A stretch of DNA of 64,000 nucleotides from Podarcis erhardii (lineage: Eukaryota): the NCBI GenBank assembly GCA_964252035.1, contig OZ176210.1. One strand, written 5' to 3'. A program made the position numbers and the translations under genes. Each line of letters starts with the position of its first letter. Position 1 is the stretch's first letter. Positions 1 to 11,746 of the stretch are shown here, one piece after another. The notes under the pieces were generated by a model. It made no database searches. It was not told the origin of the DNA and saw only the letters and a list, made by a program, of their open reading frames with translations.

Positions 1-2743
1 GAATATTGCTTTTTGGTATTGGGAAAATGAGAAAGGAGCTTCAATCATAGTCGAACTGTGAAATATTTGTCACTAGCAACCTCATACCTAGTGTTGCTCG
101 GGAATTCTAAGAAACAAAAAAATCTGTGCAGTTGTGAAAGGTTCATTTTGCCATCTTGATTCAAAATGGTGTCCAGATACTGATGAAAACAAGTTACTTG
201 ATCTCAGGAACCTTAATATATCTAAAGAAGTATGTAAATGCATAGCAGACAAATAACTTTCTAAAATATATAGTATATATCTAGAAGACACATGAATTGT
301 AGATTTTTCACAAATACTGAATAGCCACATACATGGAATTGAGGGTGCAAGTAGACTAATTTTTATAAAGAAAGACAGTGGAAATACACATAACACCTTC
401 TCTGTTGGTAAAGGGAATCTGCAGATATTTCTATAATTAAAAAACCCCCTGCAATATCTGTTTAGCAAGGAATGTGTGTATATACCATGGGAAGCAAAGC
501 CTCTCTCTGATCACTTTCACCTCTTAAAAACTATTGTCTGTGTATAAGTAGTGAGGGAGAGAGGAGGGAAAGCAGCAAGTTAATGCTGGATTTCACAAAA
601 ATATCTTTGTAACAATTTCTTAGCTGTTCTTGGCCTAAACATATATCACAGGGGTTTGCTCTTTTGTGGTCACATTTTACAAATCGTTGATAGTAAAATT
701 GTTACTGGGCTCAAAATCTGTCTTTCAGAATAAATCTGTGTTGGTTTTGGGAGGGTCTGACTGATTAAACTGAGAGCAAAACCAAGAACGGGGATTTTAG
801 AAATTTGTTGTGAGAATCCCAGCATAAAGTCCTCATTTCTAGCTTAATTAGATTTATAGAGAACAGATTCAATTAAAATATAATTGCATGTGTTGTGTAT
901 ACTTTGAGACTGTTTTCAGTAATTTTCTTTTCCTCTACACCAACTTTGTGAAACATGATAAAAATATCGCATGACTGAAACATTTCAATTTAGTACATCT
1001 AGTCAGGACGCTATGTATGCATGTGTGTAATTCTACATTTGTTCATGTTGAATAATATATGACTAAAATATATGGAATAGTAGTATGATTTAGAAGAGGC
1101 GCTTTTGACACTATAGATGCACAATTTGATTAATGTAATAGCATGGCAGTATATTTTCATTAGAATATTTCACAATGCACTTTGATGGAACATACATTCT
1201 ATCAGTAGAATTTCGCTTGTGTTATGTTTCTGTGCTTTCTACATCTTTTTTTTAAGCTGCAGGTAAATCTCTAGGTGCATATCTGAAACAATGTAAATAT
1301 TAAAAAAACTAAAAGAACCTGGTTCTTGGGCAATTGTACTATATTGCTGCATTCATCACTGATTTTATTGCCTCCAACATAAATTGTACAAGTTTCAATG
1401 CTATTCGTGTAGTTCAGATTTCCAACTGGGGCTAGCCATTTATATTTCCTGTTTTGCAAGAATCTCTAGACTGTTTTCCTCTATCTCTGACACTATAGAG
1501 CTACCTTATATTGAACTGTGATCACACGGCATCATGCATGTTGAATTTTCTACACAGAAGTAGCTTCCATGTAGGGAATTGCGTGAATCCCTTCATTGCA
1601 GTGGGGGCAGGGCATTTTTCATCAGAACAACTCTAGGAGGAAGAGTTTGAATCCCCACCTCTGCCCGTCAGACTCCCAAGCATGATTGGAGTCTCAGCCA
1701 ACTGTTCTTTGCACTTCTAAGATGATTTGTGCAACACAGACATTAAATATGTAGGCTCTAATATCTACTGCTCTAGCAAGTTCACCAGTCTGGGTTACCA
1801 TCCTGTAGGGATTACCTGAATGTGAGCTGCTGAAGGAACCTTCCTCCTGGCATTAGTTGAGAGGTTTTAATATTGTATGTTGCCTCAGTTGCCTTTGGAA
1901 AGAGAGGCGACCTATAAATAATAGTACAGGAAGCCACGCAGAAGCACAGAACCAAAAGGTGTTTTGACAGCTGTTCCAAGAAGTGTAGCTAAGCCTTTAC
2001 ATCATATCACAGGTTCCCTTTCGACTGCTTTTTCAGTTGCTTCAAAAGCTCTAAAATCAACATTTTTCACACACAACCCCTTTCATACACCAGGGATGGG
2101 TGAAATGATGTGGGACAGTGTCCTCAAGCTAAACTAGATTTGGGGGCATAACATATTTCAAACTCACAGGCAAGGCAGTGGGCTTGGGTACTTGGTGCTG
2201 CACTCTTTCCATTCAGATTGTTACAAAAGTTGGGCGCCACCTCCACTCTTTGCAAGATTCCAGGGGATTCCAGGCACTCACCCAGGGTCTGTATTCCTTT
2301 GGAGAATTGAGACACGGCAGAGACTGTCATAGCTTTAAGAAATGTAGTTTATTCACCTAATTACACCTTCAGTGCACGTGGAGGGAGTCCAGATCTTACA
2401 GCATGGTCATTTCAAGAGGGGCTTGTCCCGCCCACAGCAGTGTAGCCCTGGAGTCCAAGCCATCTCTCCCAGCCACAGCTGAGATTTTTCAAAACTCTGA
2501 ATCCTTTGCTTTTTACACATCTGAATATACACAATACAAGCTACATGGCTTGTAAAATGAACGTTTGTTGCTGTTCCGAGATGATCCTTGTACACCTCTT
2601 TAACTGCCTTAATTTTCTGGATTCCTTTGTTTTATTCTGTAATGTGAAGAGATGAAAACTAGAAATCATTTGTAAGCAATGTAGAATTTCCAATTCTGGA
2701 CATAATTTAGCTTAATCCAAAGACTTACTAGGAGAAATACATA

Positions 2744-3065
2744 CAGTGGTGCCTCGCAAGACAAAAAGAATCCGTTCCGCAAGTCTCTTCGTCTAGCGGT
2801 TTTTTCGTTTTGCGAAGCAAGCCCATTGACGGCTTAGCGGATTAGCGCTATTAGCGGCTTTTAGCGGCTTTTAGCGGATAAGCGGCTTAGCGGCTTAGAA
2901 AAAGGGGGGGAAAGGGGGGGAAACCCGCAGGAACTCGCAAGACATTTTCGTCTTGCGAAGCAAGCCCATAGGAAATTTGTTTTGCGAAGCACCTCCAAAA
3001 CGGAAAACTCTTTCGTCTAGCGAGTTTTCCGTCTTGCGAGGCATTCGTCTTGCAGGGCACCACTG
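2744..3065. mobile_element. Tc1/mariner-type MITE with internal (TTAGCGG)-like tandem repeats
   Basis: TIRs cagtggtgcctcgcaagac / gtcttgcagggcaccactg, with TA on both sides (2742-43 and 3066-67). Confidence 0.9.
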
Positions 3066-3540
3066 TATCTGCATTTAAAAAGGAAATGGAAGACAATCAG
3101 AGTGACCCTGATTGGGACTATGGGGAATGGGTTTAACGCCTTGCTCCTACCCAGTGCACTCCATATGAATTTCCTGCCACCAGCCGCTATTTGTTTCTGG
3201 AGCATTGCTGCTATTCATGGGGCAAACAGAAACTTCAAGAAGCAAGTTTGGGGTGGAGATTTAAGAGTGAAGATTCATCACCCATATATCATCTTAATCC
3301 TCATTGCCCCCTACCATGACTACTTTAAAACAAAACATCCAATAACACATTTCTTGTATCATCTAGTCGTCTTCCCCAAAGTATGTTTCTCTGAAGTTTG
3401 TGCTAAGTAAATAGTGTGAACTAATCAAGGAATAAGAAAACCATTGACAGTCTAGTCAGACTGTGCTGTCCAGAGAATGTACAGGTAATGCGGGGGAGGG
3501 GGAGCATATCAAGAGATCTCAGTCATATTCCTACAGATAA

Positions 3541-4035
3541 TGTCAGGGAATCAGATCCCTCCCACAGTTGGCAGCCAAGAATTAGATAAACAAGGAGAGT
3601 TCTTACCAAGTATTTTATTCAATATCCACAGAGAGAGGCTCAGAAAAAGGGCCTCTCACAGTAATGGCGTTGCTCTGAGTAAAGCCCCTCCCCCTCCGTT
3701 TCTCCTATTATATGTCATCCCTACGTTGGCTGATCTGTGCTTTCTGCCTCTGAGCTTTCTGTTCTCCTACTTTCAATGCCCTCCGGGTTCTGGGAGAGGG
3801 CAGGTCTGGAATGCTTTCTAAAGATGCTGAGTCTGTCAGCTGTCTCTCCCCTGGTGCTGCTTCTTCTTCCTGCTCCTCTCCCAATATTTCCTATCTTTTC
3901 CCCTCTGCAGTCTCTGAGCTGTGACCTCCCACACACCACTGTTGTAAATCTATACTGTCTTTCTCTTCTCTGGAAGGTTCAGGCTGGGGAGGTGGTGTCC
4001 ACCATTCCTCCCGCTCCTTTGCCCAGTCCCTGACA
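3541..4035 (-). mobile_element. Solo LTR (Gypsy/ERV-type), antisense to MCTP1
   Basis: TG...CA ends with perfect 9-bp inverted termini tgtcaggga/tccctgaca; exact 5-bp TSD GATAA (3536-40 and 4036-40); on the - strand a TATA-like motif near 3710 precedes AATAAA near 3615. Confidence 0.85.
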
Positions 4036-5930
4036 GATAAGTAGGTCTAGGTCTGTGTAATCAGATGAGAAGAATCCTGCAGGATCAGACCAAAGCCCCA
4101 TCTAGTTCAGCATCCTGTTCCCCACAGCAACTAGCCAGCCTGTGGGAAACCCACAAGCAAGGCATGAGCACCACTGCATTCTCCTGCTGCTATTCCCCAG
4201 TGACTGGCAAGATCCTGGAAGTATCATCCAAAACATGCCACCCTGAGTTCCATGATGGGAGGGAAGAGGGAGGAGGAACAGAGTTGTCTAGCTGTATTTT
4301 TATAAAGAACATATTCCATATAAATTTAGCTGCAGAATTGGACAGAACTGGCTAAATGTACTGCCGTGTAGTTCTGAGTCAAATTCTTTGCTAATGTGCC
4401 CCTTATATGTAGCATGTAAAAGGGTTCTAGTTTTTTCTGCTTTATTATTGTAAAGAATATTTGCCAACATATGTTGAAATGTCAAGTAAGCAGATGTAGA
4501 AATTAACTCCAGCATCGAAACAGTAATTTGAGAGGTGACATTCTTGAATAGTAAAGTATTTAAAAAGCAAAGGCTTTTGCGTGAAAACTTGTATGCCACC
4601 AAAACTGAAGTTATTTGCAGCCGTTGACTGAATCAGTGACTTGCAAAGTTAATATTCTCTGACTCAACACTAACGCAGGCCCTGTTTTAATACCTAAATG
4701 ACTCAACAGACCAATCCAAGGCATACACTATTTTTTACATTAAGCAAACAATAAATGCTGTAAGTAAAAATTAAACACAATTTAATTGGAAGCACCTTAC
4801 ATGAGTTTCAAATGGAATGTCCAAGTAAGCATTCAGAGCCAGAAGAATCTGTTCAAGCATGTCCACCCCCAGGAATGAATCTGAAAATTGGAGGCTAAAG
4901 CTTACAGATTTGTGCTCATGACTTGCAGCTTTTTATTTTACCTGAAACTATCTTTTTTTTGTAATTTGGAACTAAATCAGTGTATGATGCCATAAATGAA
5001 TTACTTTCTTGAATACAAAAGTGCCGCCAATTTGTTGAAAGTGCTCTTTTAAAAAACACCTAAAATGTTGCTTTGCATCAGGATCCTTCTAAATTAAAGA
5101 GAGCACTTAAGTTTTGTAACTTTGTTGGACAATTGTTAAGGAACTTTACAAGCCACAAAGAATCAGAAAGCTCTCCAACCTGAAAGGCATGGATAATGAG
5201 AGGGTTTTTCCGAAAGCTTAATAGGGACATAATTGAATTACATAATAACTTCTTATAGATTGTGATTACCCCTCACATCAGCACTACATTGAAAATATAA
5301 CTTGACTTTCAGGGCGTACATAATAATAAAGCAAAAAACAAATTGAGAATGGGCTATAAGAGTAATGTGTTCGTTTAGCAAATAATTAATGTACAGAATG
5401 GTCTGCTAGGTAAAATGACCAAGACAAAGGCCCAAGAAACAATTGGCAACTCTGTTGGGGGAAATTGAGTACTAAAAAGAGATAAGCTTCAATGAACCTG
5501 AAACCTTTACTACTTAGACATTATTTGATCCAGTCATTAATGCAAGCCAGCTGCAATTTGATACTAGTGTATTTCTACCATGAAAAATAATGCCAGCTCC
5601 TCTTGGTTGGGACTGTAAATCTGAGTGAGTAAATGAGTGTTGAACTGCAGTTAAGTGCCACGTTGACTGCAATGTGTGTATTCTACTTGGATTCTTTAAA
5701 ATGTTTGTCAGCTTAGTAATGTATGAAAGATCACTTACTCTTTGAAGAAATCATCTACCTGAAATTGCTGTGATGAGCATATCTTAATAGACTCTTATCC
5801 AACCATATGCATATGAAAATTGAGTGTTTTCTTATGTAAATGTTAAGATTGTATCAAGGAGTATATCAAGAGAACCCATGGCACAAAGCAGAAAGTGTGG
5901 CCTCGGATTAACACTGCCAGAACAGCAATA

Positions 5931-6016
5931 CACAACATGGTTGTGTCCTTCCACAAGAACATGCATGGCACCATCCAGTATGATGGCTTATCCTCTGACA
6001 TCTTACTTATAAAGAG
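5931..6016 (+). mobile_element. RTE-clade LINE reverse transcriptase fragment
   Basis: Translates MVVSFHKNMHGTIQYDGLSSDILLIKS, resembling the RTE RT segment before GVKQGC; homologous to part of the minus-strand RTE at 7.6-8.2 kb. Confidence 0.6.
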
Positions 6017-6831
6017 CTCATTTGCCCCAGTGCAACAAAGCATGTCTCTCCCGTATTGGTCACTACAGCCACAGCAGGTGCTGTAACTCTCCAACAGTTT
6101 GACTTCACCCCCAAAGATGGACTCCTATTGTCTCCAGAGACAAATGGATTCCAACACACAAAAACTCTGGAATTTTGATAACTTGGTAACCTTTGTCATT
6201 GAACCAGAATTTTTCCTCTCTCCAAAGCAAGGAGCTATAGAAATTCTCAATTTGTTGTAAACAAAGATTTATCTATCTTTTTCAAAACAGGTAGCTACAG
6301 GTGGCACGAGAAGATATAGGAGGAAGATTTGAAATTTGGAAAGCATTTAATCTCACCCCATTTCAAGTCGTGTTCCAATGCACTTTTTCTTTAAACATGG
6401 TAGCCACTTTCCCCTTCAGACTTCACAATAATGAAAGGTTACATGTATGTATCGTGTTCTATTGCACTTCGTTATATAGAAGCTGGCAGCCATCTAAAAC
6501 TCTATGAAAAGTTTAAGAATAAAATAAATGCAGTGTATTAAAACTGCAACTTTAATTTAAATATCGATAGCAAGTGGAACAGAATGAAACCTTTAAAAAA
6601 AATATCACATACAGAATACTTCTGGTTTACAGTGTTAAACACTAAACCTCACATGAAAAGTTCATGCTTGTCTTATACCTGAGTTGGCAATTAAGGCATG
6701 TGATCTTGGCTTAGTCAAGAAGAAAGTTAGATCCAACGTGAGCATCAAGCACTAGGCGCAGTCGGCTTTTATCCTTAGCCAGTGGGCCAGATCAAGAACT
6801 TCCATGCTCAGGTCCACTGGCCAGACTCTGT

Positions 6832-7012
6832 CCAATCGGCTGCTTATGATTGGCCAGTTTAAACTTTAGACTGGGAGGGCTATCCCACCCTGCAGTGTGA
6901 TCAGACAGGGAATTTGCGATAGCTGGTTGCTGGGACGTGACTCCTTGCAGCCCTGGGAATGGAGGGCAGCCCGCGAGGGTTTGCAACCACTGTCCACCGG
7001 AGCAGGGTAAGT
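6832..7012 (+). promoter_or_regulatory. Putative intronic promoter and alternative first exon of MCTP1
   Basis: CCAAT 6832-36, ATTGG 6849-53, TTTAAA 6858-63, nine CpGs in 6740-7010, strong-Kozak ATG at 6959, and an AGG|GTAAGT donor at 7006/7007. Confidence 0.45.
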
Positions 7013-7639
7013 GGCCATTATGTTACAACTAAACACATAAAATTTCCTTCCAGTATTAGGCAGGATTCATTTGATGTTCTTCGGCTTATCCAATTTTAGT
7101 ATGAAACATTAACTGGAGATATTCCACATGAAGAACTGCAAAGTTGATGGAGCCACCTAATCAAAACAAATTTACCTTGGCAGATTTGTCAACATCAGTG
7201 AAGTCTGCTTTTAGCTAAGGCCCTAGAAGTTTTGCAGAATTTCTTGTTTTAATATAAATTTGGGTTCCCACCCCTTTCCTTTCCCCACTTACAATCATGT
7301 AAAGACATTTCACATCATTTTATAGAAGTTAAAGATGAAAGTGCTGTGACTTTGCTTTGAAAATACTGACAATTCCACAATGCAAGCCCCAGAGTCTGTA
7401 GATACAAGCATCACATTAGCAGTCCACGAATTACCGATGAAAAATTCATGCCACTGTAGTAACTTTCATATTGGCAAAAGTCAGACAGAAGTGAAAACAG
7501 CATATTTAACAGAGAAATCTGTAAATATTCACATAATGATGATGATCTCTGAGACACTTCGCTCCCCCTCAACTGAGGATTGCATTGTACACAAAAAAGA
7601 GGAAAGAAAAGTCTCTATCTGCAGCCCAAATTAATGGTG

Positions 7640-8240
7640 CAGCTTTCTGTATCACTAATTCCTTGTCTGATTTCCATAAAGCAGTGTGTGCTCAACACAC
7701 AAGCATGGTGGACCTTTACCTTGGTATTGGTTGCTAGCATCACATTCTCCCCAACCCTCTTGGAGAGGTGAGCCACTGCTGTGACTGCCTTGACAATATG
7801 CTTGTCCAGCTCAGCGTTGATGGAGAAGTTGCTGGTTATGGTGGAATCCAGGGAAACAAAATCATCTACCCCTTGGGCTGTAGAGCTTCCTGGAAGTGCG
7901 CTGTAAATACTGTGCCAGGTTGAACAGACCCCCGTTGTTCCTTGAATGGAAGTACACACCATCTTCAGTTGAGCTGAAGGCAAAACAGAGCAACAAGGCA
8001 AAGTATATGCCAAAGAGAGTTGGAGCAGAAACACAGCTCTGTTTCACAGCACTCGTTATAGAGAAGGCATCGGAGTATCATATTGGAAGGTACCATGGAT
8101 GTTCTCGTGGAAGGACACAATTATATTGTGGAGCTTAGGTGGGCATCCTGATTTATTGAGCAGTATGAAGAGTCCTTTTTGGCTGACAAGGTCAAAGGCC
8201 TCCATCAGGTCTATGAAGGTGATGTACTCCTACCACACTT
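7640..8240 (-). mobile_element. Degraded RTE-clade LINE (RT domain, frameshifted and internally deleted)
   Basis: Minus-strand peptides YITFIDLMEAFDLVSQ, KQSCVSAPTLFGIYFALLL, GGLFNLA and STITSNFSINAELDKHIVKA..LSKRV are characteristic RTE ORF motifs. Confidence 0.85.
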
Positions 8241-8545
8241 AACTGTAGCACGATCTTTGATAGAGGAATATGTTTTTTGCTGTAAGTGACTAAGATCTTT
8301 TTGCTTTGAACATAGGCAAGAACCTTCTTAATCCAATGAGAATTATGCTAAAGCTATTCCACTGTACGTTCCATTAAGTCTTTAAGGTGCCACATGACTA
8401 TGTCACTTATTCTACACTTTTTTTAGTACTTTAGAAAAATCTCACAATAGAGACATTTTCAGAGGTGCAAAAATTGCCACTATAGTCTCCAGGTATCAAG
8501 GTGGGTGGGTTGAGCTGACAGAATTATGTTAAGGCCTAGTTTGCA

Positions 8546-8997
8546 TGACACATGCAGGCTCCCAGAGAGGAGCTTGCAGCCACTGCCATGGGATAGTGGC
8601 TGGATGGAATGTCAGCTCAGGTGCCTCTGCAAGAGGAATTCCTTCCTTCCTCCTGTACTGCGTTCAGGCATTGTTCCCCCGCCCCACAAACAGCCAAGAG
8701 GGTGACCTGCACTTGGCTGCCACCTTAAATAGGCCAAGCACAGGCTGTGCACAGCTCCCAAGCCCCTGCCACTGATTGGCTCTGTGGGTGCTGCCCGCCC
8801 ATACCTGAGAGGATCGTTGTGGCCGGGGGTGAATGGTAGCTGGTAACCATCTCCTCCCCTTGCTACACCAGATGATGAAGGCCTACCTGGACCCACCACA
8901 GCTGCGCCATGCATCAAAACGTTTCCACCCGGAGTCCCAGATGAGCTGTTATTCCCTCCCCCTGTACTCCAGGCATTGTTTGTCCCCAGTAATGTCA
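8546..8997 (-). mobile_element. Probable older solo LTR
   Basis: TGACA...TGTCA termini; on the - strand CCAAT near 8775 lies upstream of TATTTAA near 8728; flanks ttgca/ctgta are only a 3/5 match as a TSD. Confidence 0.5.
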
Positions 8998-9699
8998 CTG
9001 TATAATCATATCTGGTATGACTGCATGATCATCACCAGGTTTACTGATGTAGCTGCAAGAAAGGAGCACAAATTCTAAAAAAAAGCTGATACTAATCTCA
9101 CAGAAGATTGAATCAAGTGCTTTGTGTGGATGGTTTCAGCATCAATTTCATTTCATTTTTTCTCTCAAAGATGTTGTAATTAAATATATGAAAATTATGC
9201 ATCTTTTATTATTAGCTCTTTCTCCATTGGTTGTGATCCTTCATTTAAAGTTGAAATCTTAGGTTGCCCAGCAACAATGCAGTCCTGTGTATTTATCTCT
9301 TATTAAAAACAAGGTAGCTTTCTATTTGCACAGGTGTGTTTAAAATGGCTGGACAAGAATCATTCTACAATTTTAAGAATTAAAGGGTGTTTTTTGTGAG
9401 TCTAGACTCCCACATTTTATACATTTTTTCCATTTTATACATTTTAGCATGTATGGTTTTATTTTGGACTTGGGCTTGGTGTGGATCATTTTGGATGTTC
9501 TAAAACTATTAGAATTATGTGATCATTGGTTCCCAGAAATATAATAAAATGAATCTGAACCCAGACTACCACATTATGCCTACGTTTCCATAGTGTTATA
9601 AAGGATATAGCAGTTACACTCCCTTCTTTTTTAAACGCCTATTTGCTTCATAGGTTATGGTCTACTTTATGGTAATAACTGAAAAGGGTGAAGCATGAC

Positions 9700-9908
9700 T
9701 GCTCAGGAGGAGGCAAGTCATCTGTGCATTGAGTTTTCTTTTTTTAAACGTAGCTGTTAATTTTTTAATGTATTGGTCTTGTTTTTATGGGTTCTGTATG
9801 TTTTGTATTTTTTCTGTTTATATTTATTATTATTTATTGTGTTGTTACCCAATGTGGAATTGAACAATTCAGTGAAGAGTGGGTTAACAACAACAACAGC
9901 AACAGCAA
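9700..9908 (+). mobile_element. L2-like LINE 3' end with (AAC)n tail
   Basis: T-rich 3'UTR, then tgttacccaatgtgg...gtgaagagtgggtt and short AAC repeats, the typical squamate L2 terminus layout. Confidence 0.45.
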
Positions 9909-11378
9909 TATTGACTGTGAATTTCTGTTTGGAAATAAGGGTGGAGGACATTCCTTGATAGAGATGATGCATTCTACTGGAAAGATCAGGCAGGCCTTTT
10001 GCCTCCTCTCTAGGAGGAGGAGGAATCCTCTTTCACCAGACCAACTAGCAGAGTGGACAACTCCCCGACCCCTAAACGATTATTCAGCTGGAACCACATT
10101 GATGACTGGAACCTAACTGTTACAACGCTATGGATAACAGGAAAGAAAACGGGGAACTAACAAAGGAGACAGAAGTAACAAAAGAACTTGCCCTAACAAG
10201 AAAAGACAGAAATCTCAATTAAGGAGCAAAAACCTAAGGAAGGGAAAGGAAGCCCTAACAGTATGTGAGGCAGCAACAGAAGGCATAACCCACACTCATC
10301 AAGATTGTCAGTAGAGGCAGGAGTAGAGGGTGGAACATACTAGATCTCCAAACAGAAATTCATAGTAAGAGCATGTTTTCATTTTTGTGAGATGAGCCCG
10401 GAGGATATTCCTTGACAAGGGACATATCAGAGCAGTTTCCTTAGCCAAGGCAGGCTTCCTCTGCCCCCCACCCCCATTCCTTGTTCCTCTCAGTGTTTTG
10501 GAGAACCTTCGTATTGAAAGCATTGTCCAAGGAGGCATCATCCCTATCAAAAGATGTCCTCCAATTTTGTCTCATAAACAGACAGTAGTATAATTTTAGG
10601 ATTATAATCTGTTTTATACCATTGCAGAGGTGTTATGTCACTTCCCACATATCAATTAATTATCCATAAGTTTTAATAGATGAATTCGTTGATTATATCT
10701 GCAGAAACTTGCATATAAATAAAAGTCACCATTAAATAAGATGCATGGCAGGCACCATGTTAAGAGGCCTTCTCTGAAAAAGAGGCAGAAGAATATCTTC
10801 TAAGATAGTGTCTGTATATGCTTGTAATACTTACATTTTCTCATTTGCTGTACACCACTTACAGAAATTTATATATTAAGCAGTAATATTTTAAAATAAA
10901 ATAAAATGAATCTGCCTCGTGGGTTTTTTCATGAAAATATGTTTTTAACACAAGTAAACATTTCTTTTAAGTCTGCTTCTTTAAGTCTACTGTGCGATTG
11001 GTAGCTATTATAATATCTTTGTTAATCGACTGATCTGTTCTTAATTACAGTGAACTGGGGAGGGGACTATATTTGTTTTCAAATACTTGTGCCTTGTTTC
11101 ACTTCTGAAAAGATTCCTTATATCAGCTCACGTGAACAAATGAATTGTAACATTTATAATCTCTTTAGTGTTAATGTGGCTACAGAAGACTCAAGTTTTA
11201 TTTGCCTAGTGCCTGCTTTGTTATCCAAGCTCAGTTGTCAGGGCTCCAAAGCTATTTTCCTATCCCAGTAGTAATCCAAATGCTGGTCTCAGTTGTTCCT
11301 GTTGACTTCTGAACCAGCACTGTTTAAAGTACACTTCCCAAGAAGCCTGTAAGTTTCTCAATACTTGACTGCCCTCAC

Positions 11379-11459
11379 ATGAATCCTTGGAAGGATCATG
11401 GTGGCAAGCTGCTGCTGCTGCTGCTACTAATGTTAATAACATTGAAAACATTGTCTTGC
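11379..11459 (+). CDS. Candidate alternative first coding exon of MCTP1: MNPWKDHGGKLLLLLLLMLITLKTLSC
   Basis: First ATG after an in-frame TAA (11325), 27 codons, TGC|GTGAGT donor in phase 0, in frame with exon 11747 across a 287-nt intron. Confidence 0.5.
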
Positions 11460-11746
11460 GTGAGTTCTTAAAGCTTTGGGACACTTCTTTGCCAAAATTA
11501 CAAAATTCACAGATGGCTCTGCTGCTATGAGAGAAACGGTGTCTAAACTCTAGGCTTTGAAAAGTATCAGTTTTTTCTTTTTGCCTGAGATAAAGTGGGT
11601 TGCCCTGTGTAAGAACTGCTGAAAGCAACAGATTTAAGGACATGTTTTTTCTGTGCCAGAAATGGGAAATTATTGTGTATAATGCTCTATTTTGCATTTT
11701 GTCATTCAAGGAAATCTAAATACCTTGTCGTTCTCTTTGGTTCCAG

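Noticed and set aside
92-257. Protein-like + frame (…KWCPDTDENKLLDLRNLNISKEVCK…) with a GAA|GTATGT donor at 229
   Set aside because: The only nearby acceptor lacks a pyrimidine tract, the 98-nt exon would shift frame, and there is no similarity to MCTP1
1-11300. The preceding canonical MCTP1 exon (…SCFDWDSPPRSLAAFV)
   Set aside because: Searched by eye and not found; it presumably lies upstream of the window, so 1-11746 is treated as intron
11369-11530. Overlapping poly-Ala frame (…WWQAAAAAATNVNNIENIVLREFLKLW…)
   Set aside because: No early ATG, and its phase at the 11459 donor is out of frame with exon 11747; the poly-Leu frame explains the repeat better
11260-11709. 149-aa minus-strand ORF
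   Set aside because: No recognisable domain; antisense shadow of an AT-rich intron and the candidate alternative exon
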